Virus record (IMG/VR): IMGVR_UViG_3300021962_000021 | Location: 62,001-126,000 of that record | Reading direction: 5' to 3' (one strand) | DNA: 64,000 nucleotides | In this document: one piece after another, positions 56,083 through 64,000 of the stretch | Layout: every line of letters begins with the position of its first letter | Numbering within the stretch: position 1 is the stretch's first letter | Notes under the pieces: model-generated | What the model saw: only the letters and a program-made list of their open reading frames with translations | Database searches by the model: none | Told to the model about the DNA's origin: nothing | Translations under genes and position numbers: made by a program

Positions 56083-57618
56083 ATGAAAGCATTAATAATT
56101 GGAACGGATTTTTTAAAGGATGCATCCGGTAATTTAAGAATAATAGAAACAAACACAAATGTGGATGTTCATAACAAAATTGTTCCACAATTGGATTGGA
56201 ATACATTTAAGCAATTTTTAATAGATAATTCTATTACAAAATTGCATTTTATATATACGGATGGTAATTTTATAAATACGGAAAAAGAAAATGTATTTGA
56301 TACAACAACAGAAAATATATCTTTAAAAGATAAAATGAGTGAAATAATGGTTGAATTATCAGGCACATTCAACCACTATGAAGTTCCTAAAAATTCAATA
56401 ACAGTTCCATATATAGAAGATGCGGATGATGTATTAATACTGAGAACATCATATGATACTACTGCATTAGTAGATGAAAATTATGCAAAAGATAAGGTAA
56501 ATTTTCATAGAGTAATTTCAAATGAAACATTTGCACCAAACGTGTATTATCATTCAGAAACTGATACAAATCTTAATATAGACCAATTAGTAAATTTACA
56601 TACTACAGCCGGCGATGCACCGAATTATATTGTAAAAACAAGATATCCAAATACAAATTATTTAACTTATCCAAAGTTTTACAAAATACAATCATTGGAA
56701 TCTTTACAATCTTTAAAAGATTCATTAACAGAATTGGAATATATAGAAGAATACCACACACACCCGGATAATTTTATTGATAATAAAATAGGCGTAATAA
56801 GAAGTTTGGATATAATATATGGTGGAACATTAAGTATATTACATTTGGGTTCGTATATTATGACGGCCGGTGTTGAAAATGATGCGTGGGTAACCGAATA
56901 TGATACAAATGGTAAAATGGAACAAAATTCCAGAGTATTATGGATGAGTAAATCCCTAATAAGTAAATTTGGTACAACTTATATTTTGGATGATGATACA
57001 CCAATATTATATTCAGATGGAAGTTTTAAATATCCAAATCAAATTTTAGTTAATGATTCATTAAAAACGATAACTCTTCCTTGGGTTCCACTAAATGAAA
57101 CATCCGAAACAGGAGAAGTATTATATATGCCAGATTTGAATTCAGGAAGTTTCAGCTCTGACTTAGAATCATTTACTCAATCAAATACAACCGTAATTGA
57201 TTTAGGAACACAAACTAAAGAATCCCTAATGATTAGGGTAACATTGGAAAATGGTATAGTTTATGAAGATTTGCCGGCTAGTTCTATGTTGGTAGAGGAA
57301 TACGATACATTACAAACTACATTTGTATTTACAAATAGATTTAGAATAAATGATTCAATTGTATTTTTTGATTATGTGAATAATACTTTAGTAAAATCAA
57401 AAATAACAAATTTGGAAATCGTATATGTTAATAAAAAAATATATGATATAAATGTTGAAACAAATGATTTGTTTTTACCATTAGCAGATGAAACATTGGG
57501 ACTTACTTTTGTACAACACAACGGTACATGTTATGGTTGGTGTGGTGCTTGGATGTGTGCAGTTTGGTGTTGTAGTGCATGTGGTTTCTGTGGTGGCCAA
57601 CCTCCTTCAAAACTTTAA
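56083..57618 (+). CDS. circularly permuted ATP-grasp / Hint domain / Cys-Trp-rich tail fusion protein
   Basis: N-terminal GTDFLKD..G..IIETNTN then YIVK, YIEEY; Hint blocks ILDDDTPILYSDGSFK..I.VND, IYDINV, QHN; tail GTCYGWCGAWMCAVWCCSACGFCGGQPPSKL. Confidence 0.75.
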   Translation: MKALIIGTDFLKDASGNLRIIETNTNVDVHNKIVPQLDWNTFKQFLIDNSITKLHFIYTDGNFINTEKENVFDTTTENISLKDKMSEIMVELSGTFNHYEVPKNSITVPYIEDADDVLILRTSYDTTALVDENYAKDKVNFHRVISNETFAPNVYYHSETDTNLNIDQLVNLHTTAGDAPNYIVKTRYPNTNYLTYPKFYKIQSLESLQSLKDSLTELEYIEEYHTHPDNFIDNKIGVIRSLDIIYGGTLSILHLGSYIMTAGVENDAWVTEYDTNGKMEQNSRVLWMSKSLISKFGTTYILDDDTPILYSDGSFKYPNQILVNDSLKTITLPWVPLNETSETGEVLYMPDLNSGSFSSDLESFTQSNTTVIDLGTQTKESLMIRVTLENGIVYEDLPASSMLVEEYDTLQTTFVFTNRFRINDSIVFFDYVNNTLVKSKITNLEIVYVNKKIYDINVETNDLFLPLADETLGLTFVQHNGTCYGWCGAWMCAVWCCSACGFCGGQPPSKL

Positions 57619-57630
57619 AAATAATTAAAA

Positions 57631-57750
57631 ATGAAAGATAAAATAATTTCTTCGGAAATAGTATTAACCAATAACACCACAAATCAGGCCATTGCAACTA
57701 TTATGCAGCAGGTCGCAAACTTAATTTATACGGATGTAACTGGTTCATAA
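57631..57750 (+). CDS. 39-aa peptide downstream of the Hint fusion (not in ORF track)
   Basis: MKDKIISSEIVLTNNTTNQAIATIMQQVANLIYTDVTGS, fills the gap. Confidence 0.6.
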   Translation: MKDKIISSEIVLTNNTTNQAIATIMQQVANLIYTDVTGS

Positions 57751-57761
57751 ATTTTATTAAA

Positions 57762-58496
57762 ATGGTTATAAATAATTGTATTGTTTTTATACCAATACCA
57801 AAAAATGCATCTTGGTCGGTAGAAGATACTTGTATTGAATACGGGTTGGATTTAACATATCCGAATATTTTATGGGAAAATTCTATTAAATTTGGAGTAA
57901 AAAATCCAGAAAAACATATTCATTCGGATATAAATTATTTAATTGATTCGCTTGGTATGGATTTTGAATTTGTATGTATAATAAGAAATTCTACGGATAG
58001 ATTTATATCAGCTTGGAAATTTTTTATACAAGAAATAATTCAAAGTATATCCGAAGAGGGTTCAAATATCCTTAAAAATTTAGATAATAATTTTATAATT
58101 TCTTTTTTTAAAGACAACATATACGAATTCAAAAATGCGTATATATCTTATGAAACTAGAGTAAATCTCCTAATAAAATTATTAGAAACGGCGGGTGTAA
58201 TTCAATATTATAATATATCCGATGAATTTAAAAAAAGATACGCAATACACATTATGTCATTCGTATCGCAATATCAATGGATATCATCATCAAAAGTAAA
58301 AGTAAAAGAATTTCATTTTGATAGATTATATGAATTTGAAGATTATATATCAAAAAAACTTAATATAGATTTTAAGTTAATTCATAAAAATAAAACGCAA
58401 TTAGATTATTCTGCAATATTGAAAACCGATGAATTAATAAAATTTGTCGATACATATATTGATGGTTCATACAAAAGAGTTAAATCTATTATTTAA
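57762..58496 (+). CDS. sulfotransferase family 2-like protein
   Basis: FIPIPKNASWS, IRNSTDRFISAW, SQYQW; ends VKSII. Confidence 0.75.
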   Translation: MVINNCIVFIPIPKNASWSVEDTCIEYGLDLTYPNILWENSIKFGVKNPEKHIHSDINYLIDSLGMDFEFVCIIRNSTDRFISAWKFFIQEIIQSISEEGSNILKNLDNNFIISFFKDNIYEFKNAYISYETRVNLLIKLLETAGVIQYYNISDEFKKRYAIHIMSFVSQYQWISSSKVKVKEFHFDRLYEFEDYISKKLNIDFKLIHKNKTQLDYSAILKTDELIKFVDTYIDGSYKRVKSII

Positions 58497-59317
58497 TGAA
58501 ATTATTTACATTCGGTGATAGTTGGACCGAAGGAGTTGGTTCCGATTGGCAGGAAGAATTAAAAACCGAAGATTTAGAAGAAAGAACAAAAATACGTCAT
58601 AAATACGCATGGCCTACATTGTTATCAAAACATTTAAATATTCCTTTTGATAATTTTGGAATAGGTGGTTGTTCTAATAAAAGTATATTTGATGCAGTTT
58701 GTAATTCAGTAGATACCGATTTAATTAAAAAAGATGATTTGGTTGTTATAATGTGGAGTTCATCTTTAAGAGATTCTGTTCCATTTTTTCCTGATAATAA
58801 TTCCTGGCACTATTGGGGTGAGAGATATAAACGAAAAGAATATTTGTATAAAAAAGTATTTAAAAATACAAATATAACTACAAAATACGATAGAATAAAA
58901 AAAGAATATCAAGAATATTTTTTAGCAAATTTATTTACGGATGAATATTATCAAATCGTAAACCAAAATTATATTTTATATTTACAATGGATGTTTAAAA
59001 AAATTGGTATAAGATATATTTTTTGTGATGCATTTGATTTAATGATAAAAGATGATATTTCAAAAAACATAGATAAAACTAATCTAATTGATAAAAACCA
59101 TTATTGGGGTATTTCAAATAAAACTTTAAAAGATTTATTAATAAATACAAATAGAAAGGATGTGTGGGGAGATGGACAACATTGGAAAGATTTAACAGAG
59201 GGTAAACATCCTAACAAAAATGGATATAAATTAATTGCGAATGAACTATATGATTTTATATTAAATAAAAACATATTAACATATAAGACGAACAATATCG
59301 AAAATATTATTATATGA
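58496..59317 (+). CDS. SGNH/GDSL hydrolase-fold protein
   Basis: FGDSWTEG, NFGIGGCSN, HPNKNGY; ends ENIII. Confidence 0.8.
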   Translation: MKLFTFGDSWTEGVGSDWQEELKTEDLEERTKIRHKYAWPTLLSKHLNIPFDNFGIGGCSNKSIFDAVCNSVDTDLIKKDDLVVIMWSSSLRDSVPFFPDNNSWHYWGERYKRKEYLYKKVFKNTNITTKYDRIKKEYQEYFLANLFTDEYYQIVNQNYILYLQWMFKKIGIRYIFCDAFDLMIKDDISKNIDKTNLIDKNHYWGISNKTLKDLLINTNRKDVWGDGQHWKDLTEGKHPNKNGYKLIANELYDFILNKNILTYKTNNIENIII

Positions 59318-59859
59318 ATTATTATATAAACAATTTGTTTGATAAAAAAGAATGCCAATCTATAATAGAATTTGCAGAAAATAATGGCATACAATTTTCA
59401 TATAATCCAAATGAAGTATGGGATTGTAAAAGAATTTATGATGATGAATTTAAATCAAATATAATTCAAAAAATCAAAGAAAAATATAATAAAAATGAAT
59501 TTAAATTATGGTTTGATTTGAATAAATTTAATATAAAGGATGTAAATATTAGTTTGACAAAGTATTATGATAATAGATGGTTGGATTTGCATTTAGATAC
59601 TACATCACAATTTACAACAGTTATAGTTTTATCGGCCGGATTTAGTGATGGTAGCTTCGTATTATCCGAAAAAATGGATGATATAAAAAATGGAAATAAA
59701 TACATACTAAATATTGGTGAATCTATTTCATTTGATGGTAGTAAAACATATCACGGTGTAATGCCAGTCTATTCAGGTATTAGATATGCATTAAATATAT
59801 GGATGACAAATACAGATTTTAAATATTATCAATTAGATAAATCAAAAAAATTGATATGA
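59314..59859 (+). CDS. 2OG-Fe(II) oxygenase
   Basis: LHLD, YHGVMPV, RYALNIW; ends SKKLI. Confidence 0.8.
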   Translation: MNYYINNLFDKKECQSIIEFAENNGIQFSYNPNEVWDCKRIYDDEFKSNIIQKIKEKYNKNEFKLWFDLNKFNIKDVNISLTKYYDNRWLDLHLDTTSQFTTVIVLSAGFSDGSFVLSEKMDDIKNGNKYILNIGESISFDGSKTYHGVMPVYSGIRYALNIWMTNTDFKYYQLDKSKKLI

Positions 59860-60380
59860 ATATTTTAATAATTTCCTTACCAAGAACAGGTTCCACCGAA
59901 TTAGGTAAAAAATTAGCAATTGATAATAAATTGGTTTATAATTTTGAACCATTTAATCCATTTAATAAAATAAATACTCAAAATAATATTCATAATGTAG
60001 TTATAAAAACAATTATATTTCATAAACCAAATTCTATAAAAGAATCCAATAGAGTAGACTGGTTAATAAGTTTGATATCAAAATTTGAAAAAACAATTTT
60101 ATTAAGTAGAAGAGATTTAAAGGCATGTGCGGAAAGTTGGTCTTATCTAAACTATAAAATGAAAACATCGAATTTTTCATCTATATCACAATATCTTTGG
60201 GAAAAAACACCAAACTATGATGAAGCATTTTATAACATAAAGTTGTGGAATGATGAATTAAACTATATATCGCAAAAAACAAATATACCAATAACTTATT
60301 ATGAAGATATCTATGATTTAAATGATAAAAATAGATTGAGAAAAGGAAATAAAGATGATTATAATTACAATTTAATATAA
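59856..60380 (+). CDS. sulfotransferase-like P-loop protein
   Basis: SLPRTGST, EPF, RRD....ES, YYEDI; ends NYNLI. Confidence 0.7.
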   Translation: MNILIISLPRTGSTELGKKLAIDNKLVYNFEPFNPFNKINTQNNIHNVVIKTIIFHKPNSIKESNRVDWLISLISKFEKTILLSRRDLKACAESWSYLNYKMKTSNFSSISQYLWEKTPNYDEAFYNIKLWNDELNYISQKTNIPITYYEDIYDLNDKNRLRKGNKDDYNYNLI

Positions 60381-61444
60381 TGATTGATTTAAAAGATTAT
60401 ATATGCAAAGTTCCATTTGAAATATTGGAAATACATGATGAATCTTATTTTTTATGCTGTGCAAGTTGGTTAAAAAAACACTTACCAAAGAATCAACCTA
60501 TGAAAGATGTGTGGAATAGTGATGAGGCAAAGGATATTAGAAAATCGGTATTGAATGGTTCATATCTTTATTGTGATAAAAAACAATGTCCGTATCTATC
60601 TCAATTAATAAATTTAAAAACCAATAATTTAGGTCCTATAAAACATTATTCTCAAATAGACCCATCTTTTTTTAATAATTACAATTTTGAAACAGGAAAA
60701 ATGTATCAGGGACCAAAAACCATACATATGAGTTTTGATAGGACGTGTAATTATAAATGCCCATCTTGTAGAATAGAAATGATTGTTGCAAATAGTGATA
60801 AAATACAAAAAATAAATATAACAATAGAAGAAATGGAATCTCTATATGCAAACGATATAGAAATGATATATTGTTCAGGCACTGCAGACCCGTTTGCTTC
60901 CGTTTCATATAGAAATTTTTTAAGAAAATTTAATCCTAAAAAATATCCAAATTTAAAATCAATACACTTACATACAAATGCCAGTTTATGGAATAAGGAA
61001 ATGTGGGATAGTATGCCGGAAATACATGATTATGTAAAGAGTTGTGAAATAAGTATTGATGCTGGTTCAAAATTTACATACGAAAATGTAACAAGATTGG
61101 GTGGTAATTGGGATAATTTAATATCCAATCTTAATTTTATTTCAACCATAAAAAGTATACAAACTGTAAAATGTTCATTTGTAGTTCAACAATCTAATTA
61201 TACAGAAATGTCTGAATTTTTAAGATTAATTACTTTCATATTTGGTAATAAAACAAAAGTATTTTTTGGAAGAATAACTAATTGGGGAACATTTTCCGAT
61301 GAAACCTTTAAAATGATTGATGTGGGTAATGTGCTACATCCAGAACATTCTTTGTTTTTAGATGAGTTCAAAAAGGTAGCCACCAATCCATATGTATTTC
61401 ATAATATGTATGATTTAATAGAAATAAAAAAATCTATAATTTAA
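60380..61444 (+). CDS. radical SAM protein with N-terminal SPASM/twitch-like cluster (paralog of 32330..33529)
   Basis: CNYKCPSC, SGTADPF, SIDAG; ends KKSII. Confidence 0.88.
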   Translation: MIDLKDYICKVPFEILEIHDESYFLCCASWLKKHLPKNQPMKDVWNSDEAKDIRKSVLNGSYLYCDKKQCPYLSQLINLKTNNLGPIKHYSQIDPSFFNNYNFETGKMYQGPKTIHMSFDRTCNYKCPSCRIEMIVANSDKIQKINITIEEMESLYANDIEMIYCSGTADPFASVSYRNFLRKFNPKKYPNLKSIHLHTNASLWNKEMWDSMPEIHDYVKSCEISIDAGSKFTYENVTRLGGNWDNLISNLNFISTIKSIQTVKCSFVVQQSNYTEMSEFLRLITFIFGNKTKVFFGRITNWGTFSDETFKMIDVGNVLHPEHSLFLDEFKKVATNPYVFHNMYDLIEIKKSII

Positions 61445-61445
61445 A

Positions 61446-61477
61446 TTTGGTAATTTTAAATTTTTTTCATATATTAG
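61446..61477 (+). promoter_or_regulatory. Bacteroidetes-type promoter
   Basis: TTTG-N20-TATATTAG. Confidence 0.55.
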
Positions 61478-61508
61478 ATGTATTAATAAATAATTAAACT
61501 CTAAAAGT

Positions 61509-62150
61509 ATGAAAACGCAACAAGAACTAGAAGCAAATTACGAAAAGTTCATTCAAATTCTAAAAAAATATTTCACAGGCGAAAGGTTAGAGAAATTACT
61601 CCACATGTATTCCGAAGATGAATTGGGAAGTAATCTAGCGGTATCACCGGCATCCGGCTCAACATTTTATCACAATGCATACATAGGTGGTTATATTGAC
61701 CATATATTTAATGTAACTAAGAATGCGCTTCGTATGAAGAAGTTATTTGAAGAAGCAGGTGGTAAAATTGATTTTACTGATGAAGAATTAGTATTCAGTT
61801 GTTTACATCACGATTTGGGTAAATTGGGTATTAAAGGTGAATTACACTATATTCCAAACGATAATGATTGGCAGATTAAAAATAACGGACATGTGTTTAA
61901 GAGAAACGATAAGATTTCTTATATGACACTTACCGATAGAACATTTTTTACTCTAAACCATTATGGTATTTCTTATAATGAGAATGAGTATTTTGCTATC
62001 AAACTTACAGATGGTATGTATGATGAAGATAACCAAAAGTATTTAGCCGGTCACGATATTAAAAAACAATTGAAAGGTAAATTACAATTTATTATGCATT
62101 GGGCAGACCACATGTCTACTGTGATTGAAAGACAAGATGTCAAAATTTAA
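61509..62150 (+). CDS. HD-domain phosphohydrolase
   Basis: PAS...HNAYIGGYIDH, LHHDLGK, HWAD. Confidence 0.85.
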   Translation: MKTQQELEANYEKFIQILKKYFTGERLEKLLHMYSEDELGSNLAVSPASGSTFYHNAYIGGYIDHIFNVTKNALRMKKLFEEAGGKIDFTDEELVFSCLHHDLGKLGIKGELHYIPNDNDWQIKNNGHVFKRNDKISYMTLTDRTFFTLNHYGISYNENEYFAIKLTDGMYDEDNQKYLAGHDIKKQLKGKLQFIMHWADHMSTVIERQDVKI

Positions 62151-62227
62151 TGACATTATTTCCTAAAAAAAGTTTGGTATGATAGTTGAATAATAATAGT
62201 ATATTGTTTAACAAAAAAATTAAAACT

Positions 62228-62623
62228 ATGTATTACACAAATTTTGACAAAGTATTAGAATCTATTTTTGAAAGTAACTCTCCAGTTTGGGAAAACAAAT
62301 CAACAACATTTGTTCCTTCTAAATTTGCAGTTGATGTAAAAGATGATAAAGCACACATTGCTTTAGCAGTGATAGGACATGACCCTAAAAACATTGAAAT
62401 CAATTGTTATGAAGATAAAATTGAAGTTACTGCAACAAAAGAGAAAAAAGATTCACAAAACGCAGTTGACCAGTTGATTGGAAACATTAAAGAAACAATC
62501 ACATTGGGTAAAGACTTAGATGGTAGAAATGCAAAAGCGGAAATTAAAAATGGTATCTTATCAATCTTAGTAGAAAGAAAAGAAGAATCCAAACCAAAAA
62601 AATTAACCTTAAAAGTTGGTTAA
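62228..62623 (+). CDS. small heat shock protein (Hsp20/alpha-crystallin)
   Basis: AEIKNGILSILV...KPKKL. Confidence 0.85.
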   Translation: MYYTNFDKVLESIFESNSPVWENKSTTFVPSKFAVDVKDDKAHIALAVIGHDPKNIEINCYEDKIEVTATKEKKDSQNAVDQLIGNIKETITLGKDLDGRNAKAEIKNGILSILVERKEESKPKKLTLKVG

Positions 62624-62647
62624 TTCAGTTATTTTTTGTATATTACG

Positions 62648-62680
62648 AAGGTAGGAGTTTTATAACTTCTACCTTTTTTT
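62648..62680 (+). terminator. intrinsic terminator
   Basis: AAGGTAGGAGTT/AACTTCTACCTT plus T tract. Confidence 0.7.
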
Positions 62681-62702
62681 ATTTAATAAAATATTTATTA
62701 GT

Positions 62703-62879
62703 ATGATATATAACGAAAAAATACAAAACTTATTAGAAGCGTTGAATGGTAAGTTGAGAATTATCCAGAATGTTGCAAATGGTGCACAACAACTTTCACC
62801 ATCAGAAATTAATACGGTAATTGAAGATGCTAGGAAAATAGTAGAGCGTGCTTCTGAATTAGTATCAATCAATAGATAA
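62703..62879 (+). CDS. hypothetical protein (58 aa, not in ORF track)
   Basis: MIYNEKIQNLLEALNGKL..., after ATATTTAT. Confidence 0.6.
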   Translation: MIYNEKIQNLLEALNGKLRIIQNVANGAQQLSPSEINTVIEDARKIVERASELVSINR

Positions 62880-64000
62880 TGAATTGGCTTAAATATTTAG
62901 TGGGATTTTCCGCACTAATTATTGCAGGATGTGCGGCTTATTTTTCTGTTACCGGATTAGGTGTTTTATTTGCAGGTGCTTCTTTATCGGTAATGATAAT
63001 GGCATCTTCGTTGGAACTTGCTAAATTGGTAGCGGCAACTTATTTAAAACAAAAATGGGATGAAATAAGTGGTTTTAACAAATGGTATCTAACTATTTCG
63101 GTTGGAGTTCTTATGTTAATTACTTCCGCCGGCATATTTGGATATCTTTCAAATGCATTTCAGGCACAATCACTTAAATTGCAAGTAGTTGATAGAGAAA
63201 TTTTAGTTTATCAAACAAAAATCGACCAAAATACCGCTCAAATTACTCAATTAAACGAACAATTGAACGGATTATCCCAAACGCAATCAACGATTTTAGA
63301 AAAAGGTAAAGTAAATTCTCGTTTACTGCGTAGTATTGACAGTAAAGACCGTCAGACTTCTCAAATTAACAAAAAAATTGAGGGTTTACAAACCGAAAAT
63401 GCAAAAAATACCGAAAAAATTAATGAAATTAAACTTGCTAACTTAGATTTAGAAAAAGAAGTTGGTGGATTTCGTTTTGTTGCAGAAGCATTTGGTATGG
63501 AATTGAAAAATGTTGTAAAATTCTTCATATTTTTGATTGTAATTGTGTTTGACCCTCTGGCAGTAGCACTTATCATCGCATTTAATGGATTAGTTGGTAA
63601 AAAAAATCGAAAAGAAGAAGAAAATTTAACAGAAAATGTAAAATTAAATCAATCAATTCTACAAAATTCCGAATTAGTGGAAAAAAATTACCAAATTTAC
63701 GGAGATAGTAGAAAAAATTCTACAAATGTAGAAGAAAATGAGGTTATAATGGAAAAAATTCCATCTGGACCAGTAAGAATACCAATTGATTTGGATGGTG
63801 ATGGAACGATTGATGGGTATGATACGGATGGAGATGGGATGATAGATGAGTGGGAAGAAAGTGGTGATGAAGAAAGACAAAGAGGTTTAAGAAACTCTAT
63901 ACCATACTACGCAAAAGAAGATTTTAATTGGGCAAATAAAGCCAGTTGGATAAATGACCAAAACGCAGTTAATTATTGGTTAGCATACAAAAAATCAAAG
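62879..64000 (+). CDS. multi-TM coiled-coil phage membrane protein, 3'-truncated (not in ORF track)
   Basis: MNWLKYLVG...FSVTGL...LELAKLV...GIFGYLS...IVFDPLA; open to the window end; DxDxDG pair near 63788. Confidence 0.8.
   Translation, partial: MNWLKYLVGFSALIIAGCAAYFSVTGLGVLFAGASLSVMIMASSLELAKLVAATYLKQKWDEISGFNKWYLTISVGVLMLITSAGIFGYLSNAFQAQSLKLQVVDREILVYQTKIDQNTAQITQLNEQLNGLSQTQSTILEKGKVNSRLLRSIDSKDRQTSQINKKIEGLQTENAKNTEKINEIKLANLDLEKEVGGFRFVAEAFGMELKNVVKFFIFLIVIVFDPLAVALIIAFNGLVGKKNRKEEENLTENVKLNQSILQNSELVEKNYQIYGDSRKNSTNVEENEVIMEKIPSGPVRIPIDLDGDGTIDGYDTDGDGMIDEWEESGDEERQRGLRNSIPYYAKEDFNWANKASWINDQNAVNYWLAYKKSK

Noticed and set aside
56980-57522. Splicing intein
   Set aside because: No N-terminal Cys/Ser, no TxxH, Gly at +1 and no endonuclease domain; treated as a cleavage-only Hint domain
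57607-57615. C-terminal SKL peroxisomal targeting signal
   Set aside because: Bacteriophage context; coincidental
254-63880. All minus-strand ORFs in the track
   Set aside because: Antisense shadows of + strand genes with no motifs; the window is co-directional

Overview
A 64-kb, AT-rich segment of a large (jumbo-type) bacteriophage genome, with essentially all genes on the + strand. The host is probably a Bacteroidetes, because about 13 promoters match the Bacteroidetes -33 TTTG / -7 TAnnTTTG pattern with 19-20 nt spacing. Contents: (1) 1.1-6.9 kb, 16 tRNA genes, two aberrant tRNA-like RNAs and several structured spacers, surrounded by RNA-repair genes (HAD, metallophosphoesterases, P-loop kinase, RNA ligase, cyclic-phosphate receiver domain); (2) a vWA/MoxR pair, SPFH proteins, a DNA ligase and many small hypothetical genes, including a dispersed paralog family; (3) a non-coding region at 45.8-46.5 kb with two dif-like Xer sites, palindromic operator arrays and a promoter enclosed by inverted repeats; (4) the most striking locus, 53.2-61.4 kb. 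Here a protein made of a circularly permuted ATP-grasp domain, a Hint domain that appears able to cleave only at its C-terminus, and a 31-aa tail with 7 Cys and 3 Trp lies among ten genes (2OG-Fe(II) oxygenases, sulfotransferases, SGNH, radical SAM, a Cys-rich protein). All ten end in the same C-terminal tag, basic residues then [LI]-I-COOH, as do two distant enzymes at 32.3-34.9 kb. This looks like an undescribed phage peptide or virion modification system with a shared targeting signal. All functional calls come from motif recognition by eye; no database searches were run.
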